The notes: generated by a model from the sequence alone, not told the origin. DNA of 64,000 bases from Candidatus Hydrogenedentota bacterium (GCA_963668025.2 CAXXTH010000023.1:1-64000), one strand, 5' to 3'. Positions 1-10,219 are shown, numbered from the stretch's first letter. Translations and numbers: made by a program.

Positions 1-1443
1 GAAGAATCCTGTACGACCTACAACATTCTCAAGGTGGCGCGCCACCAGCTTGCCTGGACCGGCGATGCCCGCATGGGCGATTTCTACGAACGGGCGCTGA
101 TCAACGGCGTGCTCTCGATTCAAAATCCAGCCAATGGCTGCAAAACCTACTTCATGCCCATGGGGCCTGGCTGCCCCAAAATCTATGGCACGCCTGAAGA
201 CACTTTCTCTTGCTGCATGGGCACCGGCCAGGAATCATTCGCCAAGCTGGGAGACAGCATCTACTTCCACGATGCAGACGGGCTTTATGTCAATCTATTC
301 ATCGGCTCGGAACTAAACTGGCAAGATAAAAAAGTACGGCTGGAACAGCGTACTCGATTCCCCGAGGAAGAGAAAACCCGAATACAAAGCTGCACATGCA
401 AGAGCCAACTCATTTCATCCTTCGGCTGCGCCCTGCCGGGCTGGCTGGCCGTATCGCAAGCCTGCGTATCAACGGTAAATCAGTAGAGGCTCAAAACCAG
501 CCGGCGCTTGGGCCGCCATGGATCGCACATGGAAAGATGGCGACGAAGTAGAACTGGCCTTGCCGATGCAGTTACACACGATGAGCCTTCCCGATAATCC
601 CAAGGCAACTGCCTTTCTCTATGGCCCGATGGTCTTGGCAGGCCTAACGCCGCCCGATGCTATCGGTCTTGCATCAAATAAACGCCAGGATGCGCCGATC
701 ACTCCCGCAGGCATTTCCCTGAATGACTGGCGCCTGCTAGCGGATGCCCAGAAACTAGACGATTGGCTCAGGCCCGTCAAAACCAAATCGCTGGCTTTCC
801 ACACGGTTGGCCTTAATCGTGATGTGACTTTCCGGCCGCTCTACCAACTTGTTGACGACACCTTCGCCGTGTATTGGCTCGTAGTAGATCCCAAAGGACC
901 GGAATATAGCGCCATCCAGAAAACCATCCAGTCCCAGCACGAACGCGAAGCTCAGGTCATCGACCGGGTAATCGTGGGAGACGAGGCCTCGGAAAAAGCG
1001 CATGCGATGCATATGGTAGAGCCATTACTATATGGCCACGCGAACGATGATTATACTGATGTGGTGAAAAAGCTAGAGGCCGAGGGGCGCTGGATCATGC
1101 CTAATTTTTTCGCCGGACGCCCTTTTCGCCAAGCCCAAAAAACGCTCTCCTGTGAATTACAGACAAACGGCGCGACGGACACGCTAACCGTGCTAGCCAC
1201 CATCTGGCCCGCGATGTGGCCCACACCCGAACAAAGAACGGATGTGTGGATTGAAGGCCAAATGCTCGCTACCATCAATGGCGGCCGGAACACATTTTCC
1301 AGGAATACGCCTGGCCGCTCCCAGCCGAATTGACGCAAGGCCACTCAAAGATCGTCGTAGAATTCCGCAACCATGAAGGCCATCATCCGGTCTACCTTTT
1401 TGGACTGGCGCTGATGAAAACACCCGCTACGGCCTCGAAATAG
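1..1443 (+). pseudogene. GH127/GH146-like beta-L-arabinofuranosidase (DUF1680 family), 5' end outside the window, broken by several frameshifts
   Basis: Frame 1 from base 1 reads EESCTTYNILK...DFYERAL.NG...SCCMGTGQESFAKLGDSIYF, which are family motifs. The homology continues in other frames after about 385-520 (RTWKDGDEVELALPM...YGPMVLAG) and after about 1300 (EYAWPLPAELTQGHSKIVVEF), ending at TAG 1441-1443. Confidence 0.75.
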
Positions 1444-1496
1444 ACCGCCTGGAATCCATATTAGCTGTTTTTAAAGGAATTGCTAAGCTCTCACGC

Positions 1497-2621
1497 TCAG
1501 CAGTTGTTTTTGCCGCCTTTTCTCATGTGGCCCATGGCGTCCGCCACGAGCATGGCGCTGAGGACTTGCTCGGGAGTGATCAGGCCCGCTTCGTGATGGA
1601 TGGACTGCCCAGGTTCGCAGGCTTTTTCAGCGGCCCTCATCAGCGTTTCCCGGTTAGCGTCTTTCATTCCAATATCCGCGAGCGTCGTCGGCAAGCCAAC
1701 GTCCTCACAGAATGAAAAGACCGCCTCCGATTCGCTCGGCGGCGCATCGGTCAGTTGAAGCCCCGCTAGAACGCCAAAAGCGACTTTTTCGCCATGGTAG
1801 AAAGAATGAGTTTCGGATAATGCGGTGAGGCCATTGTGGATGGCATGGGCCGCCGCCAATCCGGCGCTCTCGAACCCGATCCCGCTCAACAGGATATTCG
1901 CTTCGACAATATGCTCCAATGCCGGTGTGACGATATGCTTCTCACTGGCGAGTTTTGCAGCGGAGCCGTAGGCCAGCACGGTCTCATAGCAAAGCTTGGC
2001 GATGTGGAGCCCCACCGTGGTGCCGTATCCGCCGCACTCGTTCACCGACTGGGTGCATTCGCAGGACCGGGCCTCGAACCATGTCGCCAGCGCGTCGCCC
2101 ATCCCGGACACTAGAAAACGTGCTGGCGCGGCTGCGATGATCCCCACATCCACCAGCACCGCCGCCGGATTCGTCTTCTGATAGTAGACGGACTCGAAGA
2201 CGCCGCCCTCGGAGTACAGCACCGCACACCCGCTGCACGGCGCGTCGGTGGAAGCAATGGTAGGGATGATAATCACGGGAATGTGGAGCCGGTCGGCGGC
2301 GATTTTCGCCGTGTCGATGGTCTTTCCTCCCCCCATGCCGACAAGCACATCCACATGCTTTTGCGTGATGATGGCGGATACGCGGGCCAACTCATTCTCG
2401 CAACACTCCCCACGGAATGCTTCGATATGGATGCCCCGCGCACTCCAATCGATGCCGCATGCGGGAAGCACCTTTTCCTTCACCGAAGGCGAAGCCAATA
2501 TCAGCCCTTGTTTGCCCAACAACTCAATCAGGACCGGCAATTCGCGGATAGCGCCAGCGCCTTGGATATATTTTCCAGGAAAAACAGCTTTCTTAAACAC
2601 AGGAATCTCCTCTATTGGCAA
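1497..2621 (-). CDS. gldA: glycerol dehydrogenase (Fe/Zn-containing family III alcohol dehydrogenase)
   Basis: Motifs PGKYIQG, GGGKTIDTAK, PTIASTDAPCS, GDALATWFEA, AHAIHNGLT and HGEKVAFG. The start may be a few codons downstream. Confidence 0.92.
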   Translation of the reverse strand: MPIEEIPVFKKAVFPGKYIQGAGAIRELPVLIELLGKQGLILASPSVKEKVLPACGIDWSARGIHIEAFRGECCENELARVSAIITQKHVDVLVGMGGGKTIDTAKIAADRLHIPVIIIPTIASTDAPCSGCAVLYSEGGVFESVYYQKTNPAAVLVDVGIIAAAPARFLVSGMGDALATWFEARSCECTQSVNECGGYGTTVGLHIAKLCYETVLAYGSAAKLASEKHIVTPALEHIVEANILLSGIGFESAGLAAAHAIHNGLTALSETHSFYHGEKVAFGVLAGLQLTDAPPSESEAVFSFCEDVGLPTTLADIGMKDANRETLMRAAEKACEPGQSIHHEAGLITPEQVLSAMLVADAMGHMRKGGKNNC

Positions 2622-2796
2622 TGCATTTATACAAGGTATTCATTGTCAGGATATTTGTAGCCGTGCCTACACCAAGTATAGCATTTTCTTTATCGAAGTT
2701 ATTGCATATAAACCTTGATATACACAATTTGGCCTCTAAAGCTGTTTTAGTTAGAATAGTGCAAACCTAAAAATTCGAACAGTAAGGGAGTTTGAC

Positions 2797-4119
2797 ATGC
2801 TCGATCCCCGAGTGTCCTTAGCAATGACCATGCATGCAAATCCAGGGGTGTATGCCTTGCTCTTGGGCTCAGGCATATCAAGCTCCGCCAATATCCCGAC
2901 TGGCTGGGCCGTAATCGAGGATATCATTAGGAAACTAGCATGCGTCACCGGTAAAGACTGTGAATCAGATCCGGCTGCATGGTTCAAAGCAAAATTCGGC
3001 CAAGAGCCGACATATGGACAACTACTGGAGAGAGTAGGGAATAGCCGAGCAGAGCGAAGCAGTCTCCTCAAGAAATATTTCGAACCAAACGACGAGGAGA
3101 GAGAAAGAGGCGAGAAGCAGCCCACTCCCGCCCACAAGGCTATCGCACAACTTGCCAAGAGCCAAGTGGTACGCGTTATCCTGACAACCAATTTCGACCG
3201 GCTTATGGAACGCGCACTTGAGTCAGAGGGTGTATCACCCATCGTGATCAGCACTCCAGACGGAATCGAAGGTGCGCCGCCCTTGGTGCATAGTCCTTGC
3301 ACACTCATCAAACTACATGGAGACTATTTGGATCTTCAGACTAAGAACACTCCGGCGGAATTGAGTGTCTATGACGAACGAATCAATAGTCTACTCGACC
3401 GCATATTTGACGAATATGGATTGATTATCTGTGGATGGTCTGGCGATTGGGATGAAGCGCTGCGGAATGCCATCGAGAGACGCAAGAATAGAAGATACAG
3501 CACTTGGTGGACATGTAAAGACCAGCCTTCTGAGACCGGTAGAAAAATCATGAATGTGTGTCAAGCAGAGGCGATTCAAATACAGGGCGCGGATGAATTC
3601 TTCAAAGACATTGCTGACAAAATACTCGCACTGGAGCAATTTAATAGGCCCCATCCTTTGTCGACAAAAATGGCCGTTAGCCAAACCAAGCATTACCTTT
3701 CTGAAACCAAATACCGTATTCCTCTCCACGATTTACTCATGGGTGAGATCAATAGGATAGTTGAAGAAATCACTTCTGAAAAATATCCCGTTTTCGGCAA
3801 TTTCGAAAACGAAGACTATGCGAAACGCATTGTGAGTTTCGCTGCTCTCACCGAGACAGCCGCTCACATACTGGCTACAGGATGCTATTGGGATGTAGAA
3901 CAGAAACATATGAATATATGGATAAAGGCTATCTCTCGAATAGCCAATGCCGCTGCAGACGAAACTGGCGGATCTCATATGCCATATATCAAAAAGCACC
4001 CCGCACAACTTCTACTGTATGCAGCAGGGGTTGCCTATGCTGCTCGGAATAACCTTGCGGCAATAAAAACACTATTGATTAGTGTGAAAGTGCATAGGGG
4101 TGTTCCCGCAGAATGCTAA
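2797..4119 (+). pseudogene. SIR2-like (SIR2_2) domain protein, C-terminally truncated by an IS at 4097
   Basis: Sirtuin-like motifs LLLGSGISSSANIPTGW, TTNFDRLMERAL, IKLHGDY and IICGWSGDWD. The last codons (GVPAEC*) lie inside the IS terminal repeat. The region is more AT-rich than its neighbours. Confidence 0.8.
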
Positions 4120-5468
4120 AGAAATCCTCGTGTCGGGTCGATAAGTATGCCGGACCCTTAACGGAGGAAGACCGATGGCAGCGATGGTGACAAGGCGCGA
4201 CGGCGACACGTTCGAGGTGAGTTTCTCGCTGAGGCTGCGTGGTTCGATGCTCGATATGGAGGAGGCGGTCCAGGAGGCCCTGAACGGGGTGGGGCGCGCA
4301 GTCATGGCCGAGGCCCTGGCCCGTTTCGACACAGACGGCTCGCCCATCCGCGTCGGCGCCACCACCTTCAAAACCAAGGGGCGCTTCGGCCAGACCTACG
4401 AGACGCCCCACGGCCCGGTCCGCGTCGAGCGGCACGTCTACCAGAACACCGCCACGGGCGGGCGCACCTTCTGCCCGCTGGAGCGGGACGCGCGAATGGT
4501 CATGAACGCCACGCCGCGCTACGCCCGGATCGTCAGCGGAAAATACTCCCGCATGGGCGCCGATGTCATGCGCCGCGACCTGCTCGAGTCGACAGGCCGC
4601 GCAATCTCGCGCGACTATGTGAAGAAGATCGGCGATTTTGTGGGCGCCCTGGCGCAGGCCAGGGAGGAGACGTGGGAGTACGAGCTGCCGGAATTGGACA
4701 GGCCGGTCGCGTCGGTGGCCGTGGGCCTGGACGGCACCTGCATGCTGCTCAGGGAGGACGGCTGGCGTCAGGCGATGTGCGGGTCCATCAGCCTGTACGA
4801 CAAGGACGGGGAGCGGCTGCACACGATCTACGCGGGCGCATCGCCCGAGTACGGCAAGCAGACTTTCCTCGAGCGCTTCGGCCGCGAGGTGGAGCGCGTG
4901 AGGGCGAGGCACCCGGCGGCGCTGTATATCGGCCTGGCCGACGGCGCGCCGGACAACTGGAAGTTTTTGACGCCGCGCACGGACCGGCAGATGCTGGATT
5001 TCTATCACGCGCGGGAATACGTGGGGAAGGCGGCGGAGGCGATTCACGGTCATGGCGCGCGCCGCCGGGAGTGGGAGGCGGACTGGAGTCACCGGCTGAA
5101 GCACACGAGGGGCGCAGCCGGACGCTTGCTGGAGGAGATGAAGGCGAGCTTGCCAAGCGTGCGCGCCCAGGCTTGCCGCGAGGAACTCGGCAAGGCGATC
5201 ACCTACTTCGGCAATCACCGCTCGAAGATGCAATACTGGCGGCACACGGCGGAGCGCCTTCCCATCGGCAGCGGAGTGACGGAGGCGGCGTGCAAGACGC
5301 TGATCAAGCAACGCCTGGCATGCTCCGGGATGCGGTGGAAGGAAGCGGGCGCGAGCGCGGTGATCGCGCTCAGGTCGCTGGAGATGACCGAGGGCCGTTG
5401 GGACCAGTTCTGGCAACACGTGGCCCGCCACGGGGTCAATTGAGGTTATCATATTGAGGGAGCACCCC
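4097..5468 (+). mobile_element. ISKra4-family insertion sequence
   Basis: Imperfect terminal inverted repeats GGGGTGTTCCCGCAGAATG (4097) and reverse complement GGGGTGCTCCCTCAATATG (ends 5468) enclose the transposase. The flanks differ, so there is no target-site duplication (TSD). Confidence 0.8.
4175..5443 (+). CDS. ISKra4-family (UPF0236-like) transposase
   Basis: 422 aa with motifs GLDGTC, ADGAPDNW, LDFYHAREY and PIGSGVTEAACKTLIKQRL..SGMRW. Confidence 0.85.
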   Translation: MAAMVTRRDGDTFEVSFSLRLRGSMLDMEEAVQEALNGVGRAVMAEALARFDTDGSPIRVGATTFKTKGRFGQTYETPHGPVRVERHVYQNTATGGRTFCPLERDARMVMNATPRYARIVSGKYSRMGADVMRRDLLESTGRAISRDYVKKIGDFVGALAQAREETWEYELPELDRPVASVAVGLDGTCMLLREDGWRQAMCGSISLYDKDGERLHTIYAGASPEYGKQTFLERFGREVERVRARHPAALYIGLADGAPDNWKFLTPRTDRQMLDFYHAREYVGKAAEAIHGHGARRREWEADWSHRLKHTRGAAGRLLEEMKASLPSVRAQACREELGKAITYFGNHRSKMQYWRHTAERLPIGSGVTEAACKTLIKQRLACSGMRWKEAGASAVIALRSLEMTEGRWDQFWQHVARHGVN

Positions 5469-5686
5469 TCGCAAGTTTCGAGCAACTCTGGTAGCATTCA
5501 TCGGCGGTCCTCCTTGATTGCGTTGGAGTTGGGGCTTTTGACACCAAGATTCTGACGCACCAAGGAGACCGTTTCAATTAAACGAAAGATCCCCCAAAAT
5601 TCGACAAAGACACTTCTATAGACGGGTAACTCTATTCAATACAATTAATTGCAGTTATAAACCCCCATTTCTTGGGGGAACTCCTG
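5469..5686 (-). mobile_element. left-end remnant of an unclassified IS (terminus, RBS and first codons of a transposase)
   Basis: The minus strand begins CAGGAGTTCCCCCAAGAAATGG at 5686. AAGGAGG then precedes ATG AAT GCT ACC AGA (MNATRVARNLR), which is cut off by the ISKra4 end. It sits between two other IS ends. Confidence 0.5.
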
Positions 5687-5732
5687 GATAGACATTATCC
5701 AGAATTCAGCATTATTAGATGCGTCCGCCCTG
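5687..5732 (-). mobile_element. 46-bp terminal fragment of the ISAs1-family element
   Basis: Exact reverse complement of 41841-41886 (CAGGGCGGACGCATCTAATAATGCTGAATTCTGGATAATGTCTATC). Confidence 0.9.
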
Positions 5733-5777
5733 GCAAAAAACTATGGAGCGGATGTTAAAAATGCCTATACTTGGTAG
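5733..5777 (+). mobile_element. 3'-terminal fragment of the IS4/IS50-like element
   Basis: Reverse complement of 45598-45642. It encodes AKNYGADVKNAYTW* and ends in the terminal repeat ATGCCTATACTTGGTAG, followed by GGCTGAAGC. Confidence 0.9.
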
Positions 5778-5943
5778 GGCTGAAGCCAGGTGCTAAGGGG
5801 GAGCCTGCTCAAAGCAGGCTGATCGGAAAGCGCAAGACATTCCAAGCACACCGAAACCGGGATGGCGCACGTTTGGACTGGATCCGCTCACAACGAAAAC
5901 CTCACCCTATTTCAAAGTGCTCCTACTTTCATGGCGCACACCC
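5778..5943 (-). repeat. arm of a MITE-like element with terminus GGGTGTGCGCCA
   Basis: Near-identical inverted copy of 32327-32490. Confidence 0.85.
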
Positions 5944-6104
5944 AACCGCGGCATCGCCGCAACCTACGAAGCGGAATACCGGAGCTTGACTCATTCTGAG
6001 AAATCTTAGGTGCTGCCATTTGCCGAAATGTGGTTTTCTTGCGAGGATTTCCCGGAGAAACCATTGCATATCAAATAGTTATCTCCGAGACTATATAGAC
6101 GTAT

Positions 6105-6195
6105 CCCTTGAGCGGTGGGGCAAGCCCCACCCTACATAATTTTAGTGTATTTAGTGTATTTAGTGGTCCAAAAATCCTGATCTTTGGCTACGGCC
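6105..6195. repeat. composite REP-like module (GTAG-type hairpin, TTTAGTGTA 9-mers, TTTGG(C/T)TRCGGC end)
   Basis: CGGTGGGGCAAGCCCCACCCTAC at 6113-6135 recurs at 30624-30646 and inverted at 51503-51525. The downstream parts resemble 32250-32307 and 51430-51480. Confidence 0.7.
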
Positions 6196-6199
6196 ACGG

Positions 6200-7081
6200 T
6201 TATTCACTGGCTTGTTTGCGGGCGAGGATGGCGTCGAAGTCCGATTTCGTTCCTGAATAGAACAAGCGGTTGTTCTCGGGGCCGAACCAGCCGATGCCCC
6301 ATTGGTAGTTGTTCGAGCCAGGGTACACGGCGTTTTCCTGTGGCCCCCAGCCCCATTTTTCGCTCGTTACGTGGCCATCGCACCAGATGACATTGATGCG
6401 GCCGTTGTGGCGGAAATGGAGGCTGGGCGAGGTAAGGCCCCAGTCTTCGTTGCCGGTGGGATTATCGGACGATGGATAATACGGCGGTTCGAGGAAGCCA
6501 TACTCGATGATGTAGCCATCCTGTGCGAGGGCGGAGTCGGCGAACATGATGGTTTCAGAAGGATTGCCCACTTCGCTGTCGCGCGTGGCGCTCTTGGATG
6601 CGGGCGTGGTGTAGGTTTTCGTGTCCATTGGATAGTCATTCGCCCGGAACCGCGTGCTGCCGATATAGGCCATATTGTACCCATAACCACCTGTGCCGGA
6701 CTCGAAGGCGTTTGGAGCCTGGTTTTTAGACATGTACTCCGTAAACACGGGGCAGGCCTTCACGCGCTTATCCGGGAGATACTCCGCCAATAATCCCTTA
6801 TCGGGATCGAATTCATCGTCGGCGCGTTCGCGCGCGCCATGCCACCGGGTGAGGCCGCCGTTGGTGGCATAGATGTCAGGCGCGGCGGGCACATAATGGC
6901 CTTGATGTTCCGAGGCATACATAGTGTTGGCGAGATAGAGCTGGCGGAGGTTGCTGATGCATTGCACGGAAAGGGCCTGCTGGCGGGCGCGGCCCAGCGC
7001 GGGCAGGAGTATCGCCGCAAGAACGGCGATGATTCCGATGACCACCAGCAACTCGATCAGCGTAAAGCCTCGGTTTCTCAT
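6200..7081 (-). CDS. prepilin-type N-terminal cleavage/methylation protein with H-X9-DG C-terminal motif (DUF1559-like)
   Basis: MRNRG|[26 protein letters not shown]......CISNLRQL at the N-terminus and [16 protein letters not shown] near the C-terminus. The ATG at 7081 overlaps the upstream TGA (ATGA). Confidence 0.92.
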   Translation of the reverse strand: MRNRGFTLIELLVVIGIIAVLAAILLPALGRARQQALSVQCISNLRQLYLANTMYASEHQGHYVPAAPDIYATNGGLTRWHGARERADDEFDPDKGLLAEYLPDKRVKACPVFTEYMSKNQAPNAFESGTGGYGYNMAYIGSTRFRANDYPMDTKTYTTPASKSATRDSEVGNPSETIMFADSALAQDGYIIEYGFLEPPYYPSSDNPTGNEDWGLTSPSLHFRHNGRINVIWCDGHVTSEKWGWGPQENAVYPGSNNYQWGIGWFGPENNRLFYSGTKSDFDAILARKQASE

Positions 7082-8910
7082 GACTGGCATCTCCGGCGGC
7101 TGCCAAGCAAGCGCATTGCACCCAGGGTGAATAGCAGCAATGCGCAGCCTGGCGCCGCTAATGGCAGCGCGACATAGTCGGCAGGCAAGTACGTTCCCTC
7201 GCCTACACGTTCCGCCTGGCCCGCATCCGTGTAGGTCTGGACCGTTACCGCTGAAAGGAGGCCTTCGGCCTCGACGGTGAACCTCACTTGCCCATCCTCC
7301 ACGGCAGCCTGATATCCAGGCGCATCCGGGTCCGCGTCCGCCGAAGTAATGGTTCCACCTGCAACAACAATGGTCACGAACACGCCATCGGCCACCATAT
7401 GGCCGAAGCGGTCTTGCAGGATGGTGGACTCGAATTGCAGGACGGCGGGGGCCGAGCCCGTGACTTGCACCACCCAGCCCACCGGGGCCACGGGTGGTTC
7501 GGTGATGGGGTTGGTTTCGCCGATACCTGCCGTGGATGCCAATACAAACACCCCCGGATAATCGGTCTGGAACGTCACCTGGTTTGCATCCGCGTCGAGA
7601 ACGATTGACGCAATGCCGTCTTGGGTGTATGCGGCTCCGTCGAAACGATACGGCTGCAATCCCGCTTCATCCAGCCCCGTGATCTCGGCCGGGGCGTACA
7701 CGAGCGCCACTTCCGCCGGAGCGATTTGCATCGCCGGAAAATCCGCGACATCGGAGACAATCTCCAGCACGGTTCCGCTCAGGAGAAGCCCCGCATTGGG
7801 CAGGCTGCCCTCGGGCGCGGATGGCGTAAGCATGTCCACGGTGGTTTCCCGGGGCAGCTCCGCATCGCGCGTTCCGGCGGCATAGAGTGCCAGCCTATCG
7901 CCCCGTGAATCATGCGCTTCACCTAATACGTTCGTGGCAGGCACCCCCCCCGCCCATGAAGGGATTTCTAGGGGTAGAACCGTGTTCTCGGAACGGAGGG
8001 GATCCGTGCCCGCCACGCGCGTTTCATAAGCATCCAATAGGCCGTCGCCGTCCGTGTCCACATCCGGGGCTACATCCGCGACGGCGTCGACCTCGGGCGA
8101 CATATATCCCACGACGCCCGTATTGCGCAGGACAAAAGTAGAAAAGCGTATGGAATCAAATTGAGATAAATCCGCCGGTTCGCCCGCCTGGTCCACCGCC
8201 CAGGCGATATCGAAAGCGTCGCCCCCGGCGCATGGTTCGCTCAGGCCCACCGTAAGAGGATCATCCGGGCGCAAATGATAATCCAGATAATGGGGTAGAT
8301 TCGGCGTCGTATCGCCATAACCCCAGTTATATTCAATCGTATCGTCTACTGCGTCGTCATAGGCGTTTGGATTCTTGATATTGCCCGCGAGGTAATACGG
8401 ATTCGTGGCGGAATTGCTCTGGCCCGTAGGTTCGGAGATTGTAGGGAGCGAACCGTCCGCGCCATATTGGTACGCCCGGCTGCCGGGGATCAGATACCAA
8501 GGATCATCCGCCAAACCGTTGCCGTTCACATCTTGGCTGATCTCGATTAGTGCAGGCTCCTGGAAGCGGACTTGCGGATTGTTGCCCGTCCAGAAAGCGT
8601 TGCCGAACACGATGCAATCAAGCCCCATGGGGTTTTCGGGGTCGTCCTCGACGGGGGTGTTAAATTTAAGCACGAGCTGGCCGCGCGCCGTATCACTAAT
8701 CGAGCCAAGACTCACGATACTGGTGGTATTGCCGTAGTTCGTGCCCGCGCCTTCCGGCGCACCGATCGCTACCGACGCGTCGGCATATGGGCCTGAAGGC
8801 ATGTTTGGCCCTGATACATAACTCAACACTTCATCCGCCCACGGATCGTCCACCGCATGCGCGCATGCCGCAAGAAGCATGAAGCATAACATCCGAGCTA
8901 GAACGTGCAT
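7078..8910 (-). CDS. secreted cell-surface protein with a BtuH-like (putative cobalamin-binding) N-terminal domain and a C-terminal membrane anchor
   Basis: Signal peptide, then motifs [41 protein letters not shown] and [11 protein letters not shown]. From memory these match Bacteroides B12-locus surface proteins (BtuH type). It also has a DTDGDGLLD Ca-binding-like motif and a C-terminal LPL+TM+RRR tail, and lies downstream of B12 riboswitches. Confidence 0.65.
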   Translation of the reverse strand: MHVLARMLCFMLLAACAHAVDDPWADEVLSYVSGPNMPSGPYADASVAIGAPEGAGTNYGNTTSIVSLGSISDTARGQLVLKFNTPVEDDPENPMGLDCIVFGNAFWTGNNPQVRFQEPALIEISQDVNGNGLADDPWYLIPGSRAYQYGADGSLPTISEPTGQSNSATNPYYLAGNIKNPNAYDDAVDDTIEYNWGYGDTTPNLPHYLDYHLRPDDPLTVGLSEPCAGGDAFDIAWAVDQAGEPADLSQFDSIRFSTFVLRNTGVVGYMSPEVDAVADVAPDVDTDGDGLLDAYETRVAGTDPLRSENTVLPLEIPSWAGGVPATNVLGEAHDSRGDRLALYAAGTRDAELPRETTVDMLTPSAPEGSLPNAGLLLSGTVLEIVSDVADFPAMQIAPAEVALVYAPAEITGLDEAGLQPYRFDGAAYTQDGIASIVLDADANQVTFQTDYPGVFVLASTAGIGETNPITEPPVAPVGWVVQVTGSAPAVLQFESTILQDRFGHMVADGVFVTIVVAGGTITSADADPDAPGYQAAVEDGQVRFTVEAEGLLSAVTVQTYTDAGQAERVGEGTYLPADYVALPLAAPGCALLLFTLGAMRLLGSRRRCQS

Positions 8911-9132
8911 AGCCGCCTTTCCGTTTGGCCGAAGAAAATCACATTAAAAATAGCCACAACATTCGCAAGAAACACGAATGAACTAAGGGATATGAGAGCC
9001 TGAGGCATGGCCGGGAAAGCCATGCATCGAGAAGCGTATTTCTTCTTCTCTCTTTTCTTGCGATTCAAGATCATCTGGTGTCTCCTGCGCCTCTTGTGGC
9101 TAGTTTTTGGTATTCAATGCGAGCGCCCTGCC

Positions 9133-9171
9133 GTTTGGCCGAAGGCGATGTAAAACCGCCTTCGGCCAAAC
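9133..9171 (-). terminator. 15-bp perfect intercistronic hairpin (terminator or mRNA stabiliser)
   Basis: GTTTGGCCGAAGGCG-N9-CGCCTTCGGCCAAAC, 14 nt after the stop of 9185-10219. There is no U-tract. Confidence 0.45.
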
Positions 9172-9184
9172 ACAAACCAATCCA

Positions 9185-10219
9185 TCACGAACGCCGCATG
9201 CGCGACGCCACACCCGCCGCCAGCATGGCGAATCCCGCCAGCACGGCGTTCACGGGCACGGGTGGGGCGTAATCGGCATCAAATGTCCACACGCTTCCCA
9301 CATCGGATTGCGCCAATATTTCATCGGTATATGGGTTGTAAATCGCCGAATAATAAGGCTGGGTTCCCACGGGATCCAGGGTCCGGATGATTTCACCCGT
9401 CGTGTTCGAGACGATCTGAATGCCGCCGGGCAGGCCATATCCCGCCGAACCGGAGATGATCAGATTGCCCGAGGACGTGATGCCCGAGATGCCGTTCGTA
9501 AAATATTCGCCCGCCGAGCCAATCTGCACGCCGTCCGTGTTCCAATCCAGTTGAGTCGAATCCTGGAACGCCGCGATCACGGCCGCGACGGAAAACACCC
9601 GCAGTTCGCGCGTGTTTGCATCAATGACATACAGCTTGTCGTTCGCCAAATCGGCATACACCAAGCCAGAATAAGAGCCGGAAGGCTTGTCGATCACCAC
9701 GGATTTGGAGCAAGGCATGGACAACACCGTCCGGGGTTTCGCATCCGCGCTCTTCGAGCCGGAGGCATCGACGACCACGAGTTCCGTGCCGCTCCAGTCA
9801 TCCTTGCCGCGATCGATGGCCAGCAGGCTATTCGAGAGAAATGCGCCTCCGAATTGCGTGGGCACGGCGATTTCGCACGATGCCTCGTAATCCACGGGAT
9901 TCGCGAGGTCCAGCCAATAGGCCTTCGTGTAGTATCCTGGTCCGAGCAAAGCCTTCGCGCCATCCGGCGTAATGGCGATAAATCCCGGATCGCCTAAATA
10001 TCCGGTTGCAATGGCGTCCCAGGAATCCGAGCCTACGGCGTTTTGCCGGTAGACGGTTTCACCATTCCACACAAGGTATTGGCCGCTCGATAATGCGGCC
10101 CCGACTACGGAATAGGAGTTGGCAGCTTTCTGCGGGAAGTTTTGTAATTGGGTGTAATCCGCGGCGGCGGGCAGACATGCCATCGCGATATACGCAAAAC
10201 TAAAGACTACATACTTCAT
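9185..10219 (-). CDS. secreted beta-propeller-like surface protein with a PEP-CTERM-like C-terminal sorting tail
   Basis: Signal peptide (MKYVVFSFAYIAMACLPAAA), propeller-type segments (IAITPDGAKALL, DKLYVIDANTRELRVF) and C-terminal APPVPV+hydrophobic helix+RMRRS. It is the first gene after the riboswitches, with SD AAGGGGA. Confidence 0.65.
   Translation of the reverse strand: MKYVVFSFAYIAMACLPAAADYTQLQNFPQKAANSYSVVGAALSSGQYLVWNGETVYRQNAVGSDSWDAIATGYLGDPGFIAITPDGAKALLGPGYYTKAYWLDLANPVDYEASCEIAVPTQFGGAFLSNSLLAIDRGKDDWSGTELVVVDASGSKSADAKPRTVLSMPCSKSVVIDKPSGSYSGLVYADLANDKLYVIDANTRELRVFSVAAVIAAFQDSTQLDWNTDGVQIGSAGEYFTNGISGITSSGNLIISGSAGYGLPGGIQIVSNTTGEIIRTLDPVGTQPYYSAIYNPYTDEILAQSDVGSVWTFDADYAPPVPVNAVLAGFAMLAAGVASRMRRS

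Noticed and set aside
4079-5497. 472-aa minus-strand ORF
   Set aside because: It is the antisense shadow of the GC-rich ISKra4 transposase and has no motifs of its own.
5771-5989. Short ORFs here and at 32280-32528 with similar translations
   Set aside because: The similarity comes from the non-coding MITE arm, and the ORFs cross element boundaries.
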